DNA of 64,000 nt, from the NCBI RefSeq assembly GCF_003334305.1, contig NZ_QOWS01000010.1; one strand, written 5' to 3'. Position 1 is the stretch's first letter; each line of letters begins with the position of its first letter. A program made the translations under genes and the position numbers. A model generated the notes under the pieces. The model made no database searches. It was not told the DNA's origin and saw nothing but the letters and a program-made list of their open reading frames with translations. The stretch comes from Escherichia coli. GTDB lineage: Bacteria; Pseudomonadota; Gammaproteobacteria; Enterobacterales; Enterobacteriaceae. Below, piece after piece: positions 45,671-58,664 of this stretch.

Positions 45671-45889
45671 ATGTCCGAAAAACCTTTAACGAAAACCGAT
45701 TATTTAATGCGTTTACGTCGTTGCCAGACAATTGACACGCTGGAGCGTGTTATCGAGAAAAATAAATACGAATTATCAGATAATGAACTGGCGGTATTTT
45801 ACTCAGCCGCAGATCACCGCCTCGCCGAATTGACCATGAATAAACTATACGACAAGATCCCTTCCTCAGTATGGAAATTTATTCGCTAA
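45671..45889 (+). CDS. hha: Hha (haemolysin expression modulator; H-NS co-regulator), 72 aa
   Basis: Inside track ORF 45425..45889; start at [27 protein letters not shown] (ATG 45671), 25 nt after the tomB stop. Confidence 0.93.
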
Positions 45890-46059
45890 TAAATAATTCG
45901 CTTTCGGAGCTATAACCGGCTGTTTATTAAGAATTTTATACTTTTCACCATGAAGACATACCCTATGTGATCTTTATCACACAGATGTAATGGGAACGTT
46001 CTCTTCACTGACTTTTCGTCTTACTGTGTTGCCGCATTTTCAGCAACCGGAGGTCAGTA

Positions 46060-46611
46060 ATGAGCACAGAAAAAGAAAAGATGATTGCTGGTGAGTTGTA
46101 TCGCTCGGCAGATGAGACGTTATCTCGCGATCGCCTGCGCGCTCGTCAGCTTATTCACCGATACAATCATTCCCTGGCGGAAGAGCACACATTACGCCAG
46201 CAAATTCTCGCTGATCTATTCGGTCAGGTGACAGAGGCTTATATTGAGCCAACGTTTCGCTGTGACTATGGCTATAACATTTTTCTCGGTAATAATTTTT
46301 TCGCCAACTTCGATTGCGTGATGCTTGATGTCTGCCCTATTCGCATCGGTGATAACTGTATGTTGGCACCAGGCGTTCATATCTACACGGCAACACATCC
46401 CATCGACCCTGTAGCACGTAATAGCGGTGCTGAACTGGGGAAACCCGTCACCATCGGTAATAACGTCTGGATTGGCGGACGCGCGGTCATTAACCCTGGT
46501 GTGACCATTGGTGATAACGTCGTGGTAGCCTCAGGTGCAGTTGTCACAAAAGATGTCCCGGACAACGTTGTCGTGGGCGGTAATCCAGCCAGAATAATTA
46601 AAAAATTGTAA
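46060..46611 (+). CDS. maa: Maltose O-acetyltransferase (hexapeptide-repeat), 183 aa
   Basis: ORF track; left-handed beta-helix hexapeptide repeats ([25 protein letters not shown]). Confidence 0.95.
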
Positions 46612-46726
46612 TCGGTTTTTCGCAACTGTTATGCAAAATTGTGGTAAATCTGTTACTTCCTCTCTACTATTCCCACGTTAAAATAGGGTGTTCCCTGGAA
46701 AGTTGCAGATACCACGAAGGCAAACG

Positions 46727-47197
46727 ATGACCGAAATACAACGCCTGCTGACCGAAACGATTGAGTCTCTGAATACCCGCGAAAAACGCGACAACAAACC
46801 CCGCTTTAGTATCAGTTTTATCCGTAAACATCCGGGGCTGTTTATCGGTATGTACGTTGCTTTTTTTGCCACCCTGGCGGTGATGTTGCAGTCCGAAACG
46901 CTGTCAGGCTCTGTCTGGCTACTGGTTGTATTATTTATCCTGCTTAATGGTTTCTTCTTTTTCGATGTCTACCCACGCTACCGCTATGAAGATATCGACG
47001 TGCTGGATTTCCGCGTTTGCTATAACGGCGAATGGTACAACACGCGCTTTGTACCTGCCGCGCTGGTTGAAGCCATCTTGAACTCTCCGCGTGTCGCGGA
47101 TGTTCATAAGGAACAACTGCAAAAAATGATCGTCCGTAAAGGTGAACTGTCTTTTTACGATATTTTTACCCTCGCTCGCGCCGAATCAACATCTTAA
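46727..47197 (+). CDS. ylaC: Inner membrane protein YlaC (DUF1449), 156 aa
   Basis: Track ORF 46688..47197; start placed at [14 protein letters not shown] (ATG 46727, SD gaagg). Confidence 0.88.
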
Positions 47198-47354
47198 GTT
47201 AGGGTTACATACCAGGCGTAAAGCTCTGCGCCTGGTCAAATGACAATGATCGTTTCCACCCATCACTTCATGAAATACCAGCTCTACCTCCTTATCTCCT
47301 GCCAGCCTTTTTCCACAATCAGATATACTTTCCCTACACTGTGTTAATAAGGAT

Positions 47355-48911
47355 ATGCTGGTGAGAACACGACATCTGGTCGGCCTTATTTCGGGAGTAC
47401 TGATTCTTTCAGTATTGCTGCCTGTCGGCTTAAGCATCTGGCTGGCCCATCAGCAGGTAGAAACATCGTTTATTGAAGAGCTGGATACCTATTCCTCCCG
47501 CGTCGCTATTCGGGCCAATAAGGTGGCGACACAAGGGAAAGATGCGCTGCAAGAGCTGGAAAGATGGCAAGGCGCTGCCTGTAGCGAAGCCCATCTCATG
47601 GAAATGCGTCGGGTATCTTACAGTTATCGCTATATTCAGGAAGTGGTTTATATCGATAACAACGTTCCCCAGTGTTCGTCTCTGGAGCATGAAAGTCCGC
47701 CCGATACCTTCCCCGAGCCAGGTAAAATTTCGAAAGATGGTTATCGTGTCTGGTTAACATCGCATAACGATTTAGGCATTATCCGTTACATGGTCGCCAT
47801 GGGAACGGCACATTATGTCGTCATGATCGACCCCGCTTCCTTTATTGATGTCATTCCCTATAGCTCATGGCAAATTGATGCCGCCATTATTGGCAATGCC
47901 CATAACGTTGTCATAACCAGCAGCGATGAAATTGCTCAGGGAATTATTACCAGGCTACAAAAAACACCCGGTGAGCATATCGAAAATAATGGAATCATTT
48001 ACGATATCCTGCCCTTCCCGGAGATGAATATTTCGATCATCACCTGGGCTTCAACGAAAATGTTGCAGAAAGGCTGGCATCGGCAAGTCTTTATTTGGTT
48101 ACCGCTCGGGTTGGTGATTGGCCTGCTGGCAGCGATGTTTGTGCTGCGTATTTTGCGCCGTATCCAGTCACCGCATCATCGGCTGCAGGATGCTATCGAA
48201 AATCGTGATATTTGCGTGCACTATCAGCCGATTGTCTCCTTAGCCAATGGCAAAATTGTCGGTGCTGAGGCACTGGCGCGCTGGCCGCAGACAGACGGTA
48301 GTTGGTTGTCACCAGATAGTTTTATTCCGCTGGCACAGCAAACGGGCCTTTCTGAGCCATTGACGCTACTGATTATAAGAAGCGTCTTTGAAGATATGGG
48401 CGACTGGCTGCGTCAGCATCCACAGCAGCATATTTCGATCAATCTTGAATCCACCGTGCTCACCTCGGAAAAAATCCCGCAATTGCTGCGTGAAATGATC
48501 AATCACTATCAGGTTAATCCCAGACAGATCGCGCTTGAACTCACTGAACGCGAGTTTGCCGATCCGAAAACCAGCGCCCCGATAATTTCTCGCTACCGGG
48601 AGGCGGGCCATGAAATTTATCTTGATGATTTTGGTACGGGATATTCAAGTTTAAGTTATTTACAGGATCTGGATGTCGACATTCTGAAGATCGATAAATC
48701 TTTCGTTGATGCGCTGGAATATAAAAATGTCACGCCGCATATCATCGAAATGGCAAAAACACTGAAACTGAAAATGGTAGCGGAGGGAATCGAAACCAGT
48801 AAACAAGAAGAGTGGCTACGCCAGCATGGCGTGCACTACGGTCAGGGCTGGCTCTACAGCAAGGCATTACCGAAAGAAGATTTCTTACGCTGGGCCGAGC
48901 AACATTTGTGA
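47355..48911 (+). CDS. pdeB: c-di-GMP phosphodiesterase, CSS-motif sensor plus EAL domain, about 516 aa
   Basis: ORF track 518 aa (annotated start may be the GTG at 47361); N-terminal TM/periplasmic domain, C-terminal EAL domain. Confidence 0.92.
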   Translation: MLVRTRHLVGLISGVLILSVLLPVGLSIWLAHQQVETSFIEELDTYSSRVAIRANKVATQGKDALQELERWQGAACSEAHLMEMRRVSYSYRYIQEVVYIDNNVPQCSSLEHESPPDTFPEPGKISKDGYRVWLTSHNDLGIIRYMVAMGTAHYVVMIDPASFIDVIPYSSWQIDAAIIGNAHNVVITSSDEIAQGIITRLQKTPGEHIENNGIIYDILPFPEMNISIITWASTKMLQKGWHRQVFIWLPLGLVIGLLAAMFVLRILRRIQSPHHRLQDAIENRDICVHYQPIVSLANGKIVGAEALARWPQTDGSWLSPDSFIPLAQQTGLSEPLTLLIIRSVFEDMGDWLRQHPQQHISINLESTVLTSEKIPQLLREMINHYQVNPRQIALELTEREFADPKTSAPIISRYREAGHEIYLDDFGTGYSSLSYLQDLDVDILKIDKSFVDALEYKNVTPHIIEMAKTLKLKMVAEGIETSKQEEWLRQHGVHYGQGWLYSKALPKEDFLRWAEQHL

Positions 48912-48952
48912 ATTTTTGGGCTGACGGCACGCCGCACAGCCCGTCACGCTAC

Positions 48953-49306
48953 CTATTCGTCGATGATTGACTCGAATCCGCCATAGATCATTCGCTTGCC
49001 GTCAAACGGCATGGACTCGCCGAACTCTTTCATCCGTGGGTCCGACATCATCTTTTGAGTAGCAGCGTCGCGGACCTCTTTTGAAGGGTATTCAATCCAG
49101 CTAAAGACAACCTCTTCATTCTCTTCCGCTTTCACCGCCATACGAAAATCGGTCACTTTGCCATCCGGTACATCGCTGGCCCAGCATTCGACAATACGAA
49201 GCGCGCCAAACTCTTTAAACAATGGCGCAGCCTTAGCGGCCATTTCCCGATAGGCATCCTTTTTATCGGCAGGAACGGCAACCACAAAACCATCAACATA
49301 CTTCAT
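48953..49306 (-). CDS. ybaA: DUF1428 protein YbaA, 117 aa
   Basis: ORF track; SD ggagg upstream of ATG; recognised YbaA sequence. Confidence 0.9.
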   Translation of the reverse strand: MKYVDGFVVAVPADKKDAYREMAAKAAPLFKEFGALRIVECWASDVPDGKVTDFRMAVKAEENEEVVFSWIEYPSKEVRDAATQKMMSDPRMKEFGESMPFDGKRMIYGGFESIIDE

Positions 49307-49416
49307 CAGACATACCTCCGAAGCGTACTGCGCAGCCAGACAATTCTTGCGACGTCAGTTGTGGTTAAAGTTTAGCCATGTTGGGGTTTTTTGACGAAAC
49401 GGTGGGAGGCAGAAAT

Positions 49417-49530
49417 GGGTGGGGGCCCTGCCAGCTACATCCCGGCACACGCGTCATCTGCCTTGGCTGCTTCCTTCCGGACCTGACCTGGTAAACAGAG
49501 TAGCGTTGCGGGAGAACCAACAGAGCCCCC
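49417..49530 (-). ncRNA. ffs: 4.5S RNA (signal recognition particle RNA), 114 nt
   Basis: Reverse complement reads GGGGGCTCTGTTGGTTCTCCCGCAACGCTACTCTGTTTACCAGGTCAGGTCCGGAAGGAAGCAGCCAAGGCAGATGACGCGTGTGCCGGGATGTAGCTGGCAGGGCCCCCACCC. Confidence 0.97.
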
Positions 49531-49562
49531 ATTGAGAGCGTTGAGAACCAACGCGCAGGCGC

Positions 49563-49591
49563 ATTATCACTGCTGCCCCGGCTAATTGCAA
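49563..49591 (-). promoter_or_regulatory. ffs promoter (sigma-70)
   Basis: Reverse strand TTGCAA (49586-49591) - 17 bp - GATAAT (49563-49568); spacing to the mature 5' end fits the known ~24-nt RNase P-processed leader. Confidence 0.7.
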
Positions 49592-49606
49592 CCCATCGCG
49601 TGCCAG

Positions 49607-49996
49607 ATGCTGGTTTCTTGCGCAATGCGACTTCACTCGGGCGTTTTTCCAGATTATGCTGAAAAATTACCTCAGGAAGAAAAGATGGAAAAAGAAGATT
49701 CATTTCCCCAACGCGTCTGGCAAATCGTCGCCGCTATTCCCGAAGGCTATGTCACCACTTACGGTGATGTGGCGAAACTGGCGGGATCGCCCCGCGCCGC
49801 GCGCCAGGTGGGCGGTGTGTTAAAGCGTCTCCCTGAAGGCAGCACCTTACCCTGGCACCGGGTGGTTAATCGCCACGGCACAATTTCGCTAACCGGACCG
49901 GATTTACAGCGTCAGCGACAGGCATTACTGGCAGAAGGTGTGATGGTATCGGGAAGCGGGCAAATCGACTTGCAGCGTTATCGCTGGAACTACTAA
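49607..49996 (+). CDS. atl: Alkyltransferase-like protein (MGMT-fold DNA alkylation damage sensor), 129 aa
   Basis: Track ORF 49586..49996; start placed at MLVSCAMRLHSG (ATG 49607). Confidence 0.88.
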   Translation: MLVSCAMRLHSGVFPDYAEKLPQEEKMEKEDSFPQRVWQIVAAIPEGYVTTYGDVAKLAGSPRAARQVGGVLKRLPEGSTLPWHRVVNRHGTISLTGPDLQRQRQALLAEGVMVSGSGQIDLQRYRWNY

Positions 49997-50018
49997 CCCT
50001 CTCCGGGCGGAGAGGGTT
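49995..50018. terminator. Bidirectional terminator between convergent atl and ybaY
   Basis: Perfect inverted repeat aaccctctccg-g-cggagagggtt between the two stop codons. Confidence 0.7.
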
Positions 50019-50026
50019 AACGTCGC

Positions 50027-50599
50027 TTAATATTGCGTAGGAGCTGGAACTGCCGAAGACGGATTCACCTGAGTTGGTGAAGTCGAAGGTACGGTAGTCG
50101 TTGCACCACCGCTGGCCTGAACCGGCACGGCGGTTTGCTGCACCGGCACCAATGTCAGGTCGGCTTTAGTTCCGCCCTTGTTGATCACCGGCTGAACGGT
50201 ATCGGTAATAAATACCAGTTTGTCATTCACGGTAATCGCCGCACTCAACAGAATACGCGCGTTCGGCTGAACATCTGCCGGGTTAAATGGCAGAACAAAG
50301 CTGAATGGTGACTGTTTACCTTCAGTACGCACCGCTTTCTGCGCCAGCACTTTTGACGGTGCATCGGCTAACGACGCGTCAGAAAGTGTCACGGTCAGCA
50401 CAGCATCAGGCGGCAGTGCGACTTTCTGACGGATCCAGACGGTACCGGAGACATTCGGTTGCTGGATAGCAGGTTGTTGTGTTGCTGAAATAGACGTATT
50501 TGCAGCCGGGGCTGGCGTCTGAATATCCGCGCTTTTATCTGCGCAAGCCGCCAACGCAATCGCAACCGCTAAACCACTGGCCATGTGCACGAGTTTCAT
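50027..50599 (-). CDS. ybaY: Outer membrane lipoprotein YbaY, 190 aa
   Basis: ORF track; signal peptide with lipobox (LAAC). Confidence 0.92.
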   Translation of the reverse strand: MKLVHMASGLAVAIALAACADKSADIQTPAPAANTSISATQQPAIQQPNVSGTVWIRQKVALPPDAVLTVTLSDASLADAPSKVLAQKAVRTEGKQSPFSFVLPFNPADVQPNARILLSAAITVNDKLVFITDTVQPVINKGGTKADLTLVPVQQTAVPVQASGGATTTVPSTSPTQVNPSSAVPAPTQY

Positions 50600-50816
50600 T
50601 CATTTCTCCTTATTATCAATGCACCAGCGGGCTAACTTTCCTCGCCGGAAGAGTGGTTAACAAAATAGTAACGTCAACAAGTGTGGCACACATCACGCAT
50701 TTCTGCCTGTAATTAGCCCGTAATTCAGACCATTGCACCCATCGGACCAGTAGCAAATTTGCGTTATACTCAACTCACTTTGGCTTGCTGCGGCAGCTTT
50801 GTTACTGGAGAGTTAT

Positions 50817-51677
50817 ATGAGTCAGGCGCTAAAAAATTTACTGACATTGTTAAATCTGGAAAAAATTGAGGAAGGACTCTTTCGCGGCCAGAGTGAAGAT
50901 TTAGGTTTACGCCAGGTGTTTGGCGGCCAGGTCGTGGGTCAGGCCTTGTATGCTGCAAAAGAGACCGTCCCTGAAGAGCGGCTGGTACATTCGTTTCACA
51001 GCTACTTTCTTCGCCCTGGCGATAGTAAGAAGCCGATTATTTATGATGTCGAAACGCTGCGTGACGGTAACAGCTTCAGCGCCCGCCGGGTTGCTGCTAT
51101 TCAAAACGGCAAACCGATTTTTTATATGACGGCCTCTTTCCAGGCACCAGAAGCGGGTTTCGAACATCAAAAAACAATGCCGTCCGCGCCAGCGCCTGAT
51201 GGCCTGCCTTCGGAAACGCAAATCGCCCAATCGCTGGCGCACCTGCTGCCGCCAGTGCTTAAAGATAAATTCATCTGCGATCGTCCGCTGGAAGTCCGTC
51301 CGGTGGAGTTTCATAACCCACTGAAAGGTCACGTCGCAGAACCACATCGTCAGGTGTGGATCCGCGCAAATGGTAGCGTGCCGGATGACCTGCGCGTTCA
51401 TCAGTATCTGCTCGGTTACGCTTCTGATCTTAACTTCCTGCCGGTAGCTCTACAGCCGCACGGCATCGGTTTTCTCGAACCGGGGATTCAGATTGCCACC
51501 ATTGACCATTCCATGTGGTTCCATCGCCCGTTTAATTTGAATGAATGGCTGCTGTATAGCGTGGAGAGCACCTCGGCGTCCAGCGCACGCGGCTTTGTGC
51601 GCGGTGAGTTTTATACCCAGGACGGCGTGCTGGTTGCCTCGACCGTTCAGGAAGGGGTGATGCGTAATCACAATTAA
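50817..51677 (+). CDS. tesB: Acyl-CoA thioesterase II, 286 aa
   Basis: Track ORF 50799..51677 (TTG); start placed at [20 protein letters not shown] (ATG 50817). Confidence 0.96.
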
Positions 51678-51681
51678 AAAA

Positions 51682-51714
51682 ATAGCCGGAGGTAAAACCG
51701 TCCGGCTATTTTTT
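51682..51714. terminator. Bidirectional terminator between convergent tesB and amtB
   Basis: A7-atagccgga-ggtaaaaccg-tccggctat-T6: hairpin flanked by A-run and T-run. Confidence 0.85.
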
Positions 51715-51724
51715 GCAGTGCTTG

Positions 51725-53011
51725 TTACGCGTTATAGGCATTCTCGCCGTGACTGTTGACATCCAGCCCTTCTCGCTCCTGCTCTTCCGGTACACGCAGA
51801 CCAACCGTCAGATCCGCCAGTTTGTAGCCAATAAATGCCACCACACCGGACCAGACGATCGTAATGGCGATGCTTTCCAGCTGTACCAGCAACTGATGGC
51901 CCATCGTCACACCTTCAGCGAAGCCCACGCCACCCAGCGAACTGGCGGCAAAAATCCCAGTCATGATACAGCCGACAATGCCACAAACGCCGTGCACACC
52001 GAAGACATCGCAGGGATCATCCACCCGCAGCAAGCGTTTGAGCATAGTAACGCCCCACAAGCCCGCCAGACCAGCTACCACGCCGATAATCAACGCGCCG
52101 CCAACCCCAATGTAGCCACACGCTGGCGTCACGCCGACCAGACCGGCAATCGCGCCAGAACACGCTCCCAGCAGAGAAGGCTTACCACGCAGCGCCCATT
52201 CACCGAAGATCCAGCCAAGAATTGCCGCCGCCGTTGCGACCACAGTATTCACAAATGCCAGTGCCGCGATTTCATTCGCCGTGCCCGCTGACCCGGCGTT
52301 AAAGCCAAACCAACCAATATAGAGAATGGCAGTACCGGTGAAGACCATTGGCAGGTTGTGCGGTTTAAACGCCTCTTTGCCGAAGCCCACGCGTTTGCCT
52401 ATCAGATACGCGCCCACCAGACCGGCGATTGCGGCGTTAATATGCACCACCGTGCCACCCGCGAAATCCAGCGCACCGTGAGAAGCCAGCAAACCACCGC
52501 CCCACACCATATGCGCAATCGGAATGTAAGAGAGCGTCAGCCATACCACCACGAAAATCAACACAGCTGAGAAGCGGATTCGTTCCGCCAGCGCCCCAAC
52601 GATCAAGCCGACGGTAATGCAGGCAAACGAGCCCTGAAACGCCACGTGGATATACTGATAAATGCTGCCCATCACCGCCGTCAGTTCGATGTTTTTTAGC
52701 ATCAACCAGTTAATGTTGCCGAAGAAGTTGTTGCCCTCACCAAACGCCAGCGAGTAACCGTAAACCACCCAGAGAATACAGACCAGTGCAAACGTCACCG
52801 TCACCTGCGTCAGCATCGACAGCACGTTTTTGCCGCGAATCAACCCACCGTAAAACAGGGCAATCCCCGGAATAGTCATAAACAGCACCAGCGCAGTACA
52901 AATCATCATAAACGCATTGTCGGCTTTATCGGCCACCGCAGGTGCAGCCATTACCAGTCCCGGCAGCATCGCCAGTGAAGCAAGCCCAGTTTTTATCGTC
53001 GCTATCTTCAT
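51725..53011 (-). CDS. amtB: Ammonium channel AmtB, 428 aa
   Basis: ORF track; signal peptide plus 11-TM Amt/MEP profile. Confidence 0.98.
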   Translation of the reverse strand: MKIATIKTGLASLAMLPGLVMAAPAVADKADNAFMMICTALVLFMTIPGIALFYGGLIRGKNVLSMLTQVTVTFALVCILWVVYGYSLAFGEGNNFFGNINWLMLKNIELTAVMGSIYQYIHVAFQGSFACITVGLIVGALAERIRFSAVLIFVVVWLTLSYIPIAHMVWGGGLLASHGALDFAGGTVVHINAAIAGLVGAYLIGKRVGFGKEAFKPHNLPMVFTGTAILYIGWFGFNAGSAGTANEIAALAFVNTVVATAAAILGWIFGEWALRGKPSLLGACSGAIAGLVGVTPACGYIGVGGALIIGVVAGLAGLWGVTMLKRLLRVDDPCDVFGVHGVCGIVGCIMTGIFAASSLGGVGFAEGVTMGHQLLVQLESIAITIVWSGVVAFIGYKLADLTVGLRVPEEQEREGLDVNSHGENAYNA

Positions 53012-53040
53012 TTTTCGTTCCTGTTGCTGTGTGCCAGAGA

Positions 53041-53379
53041 TTACAGCGCCGCTTCGTCGGCTTCGCCGGTACGAATACGAATGACGCGTTGCAATTCAGC
53101 GACGAAGATTTTGCCGTCGCCAATTTTTCCGGTGTAAGCCGCCTTACTGACGATATCGATCACTTCATCGAGTTGGTCATCAGCAATCGCCACATCAATT
53201 TTTACTTTTGGCAGGAAGTTGACGCTGTATTCCGCCCCCCGGTACAGCTCGGCATGCCCTTTCTGACGCCCGAAACCTTTCACTTCGGTGACGGTCAGGC
53301 CCTGAATACCAATGGAAGATAACGCTTCACGAACGTCTTCCAGCTTGAATGGTTTGATTATCACGGTCACCAGCTTCAT
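53041..53379 (-). CDS. glnK: PII nitrogen regulatory protein GlnK, 112 aa
   Basis: Track ORF 53041..53517; start placed at MKLVTVIIKPFKLEDVREAL; T-loop RGAEY; 29 nt upstream of amtB. Confidence 0.97.
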   Translation of the reverse strand: MKLVTVIIKPFKLEDVREALSSIGIQGLTVTEVKGFGRQKGHAELYRGAEYSVNFLPKVKIDVAIADDQLDEVIDIVSKAAYTGKIGDGKIFVAELQRVIRIRTGEADEAAL

Positions 53380-53431
53380 AGATCCCCTCCGGTCAGAATT
53401 CGGTAATGGTTCTGCTACACGAAGAAGGTAT

Positions 53432-53447
53432 TGCAAGCGGTGTGCCA
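53432..53447 (-). promoter_or_regulatory. sigma-54 (-24/-12) promoter of glnK-amtB
   Basis: Reverse strand TGGCAC-ACCGC-TTGCA (consensus TGGCAC-N5-TTGCA), about 53 nt upstream of the glnK ATG. Confidence 0.85.
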
Positions 53448-53500
53448 GAAATGAAAAACGAGAAAGAGAGCAGGAAGTTAAGAAGATTGAAAATGAAAAC

Positions 53501-53515
53501 GCACTATGACAGTGC
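53501..53515. promoter_or_regulatory. Candidate NtrC enhancer site upstream of PglnK
   Basis: Palindrome GCACT-ATGAC-AGTGC about 60 bp upstream of the sigma-54 element, followed by TTGCACCAAC; resembles NtrC half-sites (TGCACC). Confidence 0.5.
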
Positions 53516-53559
53516 ACAGTGCGTTACATTTTTGCACCAACGATGAAATATTGCGCTAT

Positions 53560-57106
<3,547 letters not shown>

Positions 57107-57135
57107 GCGTTGTGTCCTGACCTGATTCTGGATAT

Positions 57136-57594
57136 TTATTCGATGGGTAAAGAAGTGGTGTATTTAATCTGTTCCATCGCGAAGCTGGAAGTGACGTCCG
57201 ACAGCCCCGGCACGCTGTTTACCAGACGCTTATAAAACTCGTCGTAGCGTTTCATGTCGGCAACCTGGACGCGCATCAGATAATCGTATTCACCAGCCAT
57301 GCGCCAGAACCCCAGCACTTCTGGCATTTCGGTAACCACCGTGACAAAGCGGCAATACCATTCGCTGCTGTGATGTTGCGTTTTTATCAGCACAAAGGCG
57401 GTCAGGCCGAGGCCTATTTTTTCCGGATCCAGCAGGGCGACTTTGCCGATAAGGATACCGTCGTCCTCCAGCCGTTTCAGGCGCTTCCAGCAAGGGGTGG
57501 TTGTCAGATTAACGGCTTCAGCCAGTGCCTGCAAAGAGAGGGTGCAATCCTGCTGCAGTAAGGCCAGCAGCTTACGGTCAATTTTATCTAACAT
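57136..57594 (-). CDS. decR: Lrp/AsnC-family transcriptional regulator, 152 aa
   Basis: Track ORF 57136..57822; start placed at [16 protein letters not shown] (HTH). Confidence 0.9.
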
Positions 57595-57705
57595 AGCTCT
57601 TCCACGGAGAATTTTTTTCTCTTTTAATTCTATTTTAAAGGTGAAATCGCGACAATTTATTCTGTGCGGTTTAAACACCACGGCACAAAATGACAAATTC
57701 AACGC

Positions 57706-57729
57706 AAAAAAAACCGGGCAATTGCCCGG
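57706..57729 (-). terminator. Intrinsic terminator of cof
   Basis: Reverse strand ccgggcaattgcccgg (perfect palindrome) followed by TTTTTTTT, 18 nt after the cof stop. Confidence 0.85.
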
Positions 57730-57746
57730 TGCTGGAAGGGATCTCG

Positions 57747-58565
57747 TTATTCGGGGGAATAAGGTAGATGTGGATAGTCCAGCCAGTGCGTCAAATAGTG
57801 AGAGACAGCCTGATTTCGGCAATGTCCAATCACCGGTAAATGCGGGAGCTCCGCGCGCAGTTGCGGCATCGCATTGCCCATAATAAACCCGCTACCGACG
57901 CTGCCTAACATTTCGCGATCGTTCATCGCATCACCAAAGGCCATGCAATCGCGCAACGATAAACCTAAATGTTGGGTCAGCACCGTCAATGCAGCGCCTT
58001 TATTGCAGCCCACCGGCAGCACTTCGAGGCAATCCGTGGCGGAAAAACACAAATGTGCACGCTCGCCTAATGCTTCGTATAGCTGGATCTGCAAGCGTGT
58101 AAGATCGTCGTGATCGCCACAGAAGCAGATCTTGGTGACGCTGCCGAGTGGCATTTTTTTGACATCGATTATCTGATAACGAAAACCGCTATAGACAAAT
58201 GCCTGCAACAACGCAGGGATCTCTTTCCCGGTAAACCAACCGTCGTCATTGAAGATATGCATGCTGGCTCGGGTATCCCATTGCTGATACAGCACCAGCT
58301 CCGCGACATCCGCAGGTAAATCATCACGATGTAAAAGTTCACCTTCCAGAGAATGCACGCGCGTTCCGTTGCCGGTAATCAAATATGCATCCAGCGATAG
58401 CGCCCCGAGAATATGCTGCATCTCCAGCGCATGACGCCCCGTGGCAAAAGTGAGGGTAATGTCGCGTTCACGCAGTCGCGCCAAAGTAGAGAGGGTTTTC
58501 TCACCTAAATGATGGTCAGGCATCAATAAAGTGCCATCCATATCAAATGCTGCCAGACGAGCCAT
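57747..58565 (-). CDS. cof: HAD-family HMP-PP phosphatase, 272 aa
   Basis: Track ORF 57747..58577; start placed at [14 protein letters not shown] (HAD motif I DxDGT). Confidence 0.93.
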
Positions 58566-58664
58566 TTCTTTCTCCACTCTGTGACACGGTTAATGGTGAT
58601 TGAGTATCACCTGATATATACGGAAGTAATAGTGAATAGTTAAATAATATTGTTCCGGGTTTAT

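Noticed and set aside
49365-49703. Reverse-strand ORFs of 112 aa (49365..49703) and 60 aa (49454..49636) between ybaA and atl
   Set aside because: The interval encodes the 4.5S RNA (ffs); the ORFs run through a structured RNA gene and its promoter.
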